NCBI GenBank assembly: GCA_023515725.1
Contig: JALDTO010000053.1
Location: 1-56,642 of the forward strand
Direction: 5' to 3'
Source: Amoeboaphelidium protococcarum X5
Taxonomy: Eukaryota > Fungi > Aphelidiomycota
Length of the DNA stretch: 56,642 bases
Below, piece after piece: positions 55,053 through 56,642 of the stretch (position 1 is its first letter; the number at the start of each line of letters is the position of its first letter). A program made the position numbers and the translations under genes. The notes under the pieces were generated by a model. The model was not told where the DNA came from and did not search any database. It saw only the letters and a program-made list of their open reading frames with translations.

Positions 55053-55838
55053 ATGGTGACGATGATGATCTCAATAGCTATATTGATACTCAATTTATTT
55101 GTGGGCTGTGTAATATCATTAATTGACTATGATATCGTATTCAAAGACTTGAATTTTTAAAATGATTAGTACTCCGAAAAACAATATCTTGCAGATCCCA
55201 CTGCTAACCTCACGTATATTTTGGTACATGCTCCTTGGTGCGCACGTTCTCAATCGTTAGTACAATCCTTCCGTAATACTACTGCTTACATTCCCTCTCT
55301 GATCCAGTATCGATTTTACAGTAATGATTCGCGGAAGTATACGTTTGTTTAGCTCAATACGTCTTCAGTTCCCATTAGTGGCGATGAATAGTTGTCAAAT
55401 GATTAGGCTCAAGAGGATCAACGCGTTCCTATGAAAATATAGTTTGTCACTGTGAACTTGTATAGTCAACCTGAATTAGTTGCTAGATTAGGTGTTATGT
55501 CTTATCCAACAATTCGGTATTTCTGGTAGCATACGAGAAATGAAAGTGGTATTTACGACAAGAATCAGTATATCAAGCTCAACTACTACGCGAGTGGCGA
55601 GACTGTTGCACATTTGCTGACTCATGTAAATTCAACAATTGATTAGATATTACTCCAACGTTTCTAGTTATTGGCAGGAAATAAAACTAACAGTAGTTAC
55701 AGTCAAAATTTATGGAATAAGGAAAATAGTCGCGTCTCTATGTACTCTCACGGTGCACACGTTCTGAGGACACTCCAAATAAAACTGTACAATGAGATAA
55801 TGATGAAGCTGTTTGATTACGGTATTTTCACCAAATGA
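55053..55838 (+). CDS. Secretory-pathway thioredoxin-fold protein with a CxxS site, 261 aa
   Basis: Hydrophobic signal peptide; ILVHAPWCARSQ; FVTVN...PELVARLGVMSYPTIRYF (cis-Pro loop). Confidence 0.78.
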
Positions 55839-55901
55839 GATGTATAAAGAAAACCCATCAGTGAAGTGTTTATCATATAGAATATAGTGTATTTTAATCG
55901 A

Positions 55902-56642
55902 TCATCTCATTCTAGATCTTTTAGCGTTTCTACCTCTATTACTACTACCTCCTGCCTTCTACTACTTGTAACCAGATCTCTTCACAGGCACTGTGCGCCC
56001 CACCATTTCATCTTCACTGTCAGGCTCAAAGTCATCGTGCTCATCAACTCCTCCAAAGTCTTGGCCATGTCTTCTATTCTTCTAACCTCTGCCCTTCCCG
56101 TGATTCTATTCAGCATTGACGATAAGTTTGCCTTCATTAGATACGGGGAGTAAATTAGAGCGTTTACGCTTGTTCTATCTCTGCGCGGTACCACGATCTG
56201 CAGCCAACTTCATCTGCACATTGGACTGGAGCATATCAATTGGCTCATCTTCTCCCTACTGCTGCTATTCCATCATCTACTAGATACTACTCTTCGCGTG
56301 TTACTAACCGCCCATAAGATCGCGCATAAAGTCTGGCAATTCCTCCTCATCGTCCAGATTATTGTCATCACCAAACTCTGCCACACTATCGCTGTCATTG
56401 CCTTCTTCAGCGTCGGATGCAGCATCATCTCCATTGTCGTCTACACCGTCTTTCTTCTATTTAGATTGTCTCTTGGCGCGTTCCATTCTCTTGCGGATAT
56501 TAGTAAGCAATTTCTCATGCTCTACCGGGAAATGTTATCTAATCGCATCCAAGCCTATTCTTCGCACTAATCTCTCTATAATGTAGCGACAAGACACTTT
56601 AAAGTGAGACTTGTGTTCAGAAGACCATTTGAGGCAGGCATT
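55902..56642 (-). CDS. RRP12: Ribosome biogenesis protein Rrp12, C-terminal part (5' end outside window)
   Basis: LKWSSEHKSHFKVSCRYIIERLVRRIG...FPVEHEKLLTNIRKR, EDEPIDML and EGKLIV motifs; TGA at 55902-55904. Confidence 0.88.

Overview
Gene-dense eukaryotic nuclear DNA that uses a non-standard genetic code: TAA and TAG are read as Gln and TGA is the only stop. The supplied standard-code ORF track is therefore fragmented. Re-read by hand with TAR=Gln, the window resolves into about 34 protein-coding genes with short (about 50-80 nt) GT-AG introns and very short spacers. Gene content is fungal/opisthokont-like: mitochondrial MetRS, uL6m, ATP synthase subunit e, Dip2/Utp12, Rrp12, Trs120, Rmd1 family, MARK/Par-1 kinase, Cdc25-type RasGEF, DH-PH RhoGEF, MEF2- and SRF-type MADS boxes and a CreA/Mig1-like zinc finger. 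It also carries genes better known from animals or amoeboid lineages (ACTMAP, ABRACL/Costars, TACC, MARCH5, a CDC42SE-like CRIB protein). This combination fits an aphelid such as Amoeboaphelidium protococcarum, which is known to use TAR=Gln; the taxon is inferred, not verified. Also present: a decayed retroelement-type integrase at the left end, an orphan 7TM receptor, a minimal Ulp1/C48-like protease, a tandem pair of DUF1647-like putative glycosyltransferases and several orphans. I recognised no rRNA, tRNA or CRISPR. All coordinates, splice sites and family calls come from manual translation and motif recall, not database searches.
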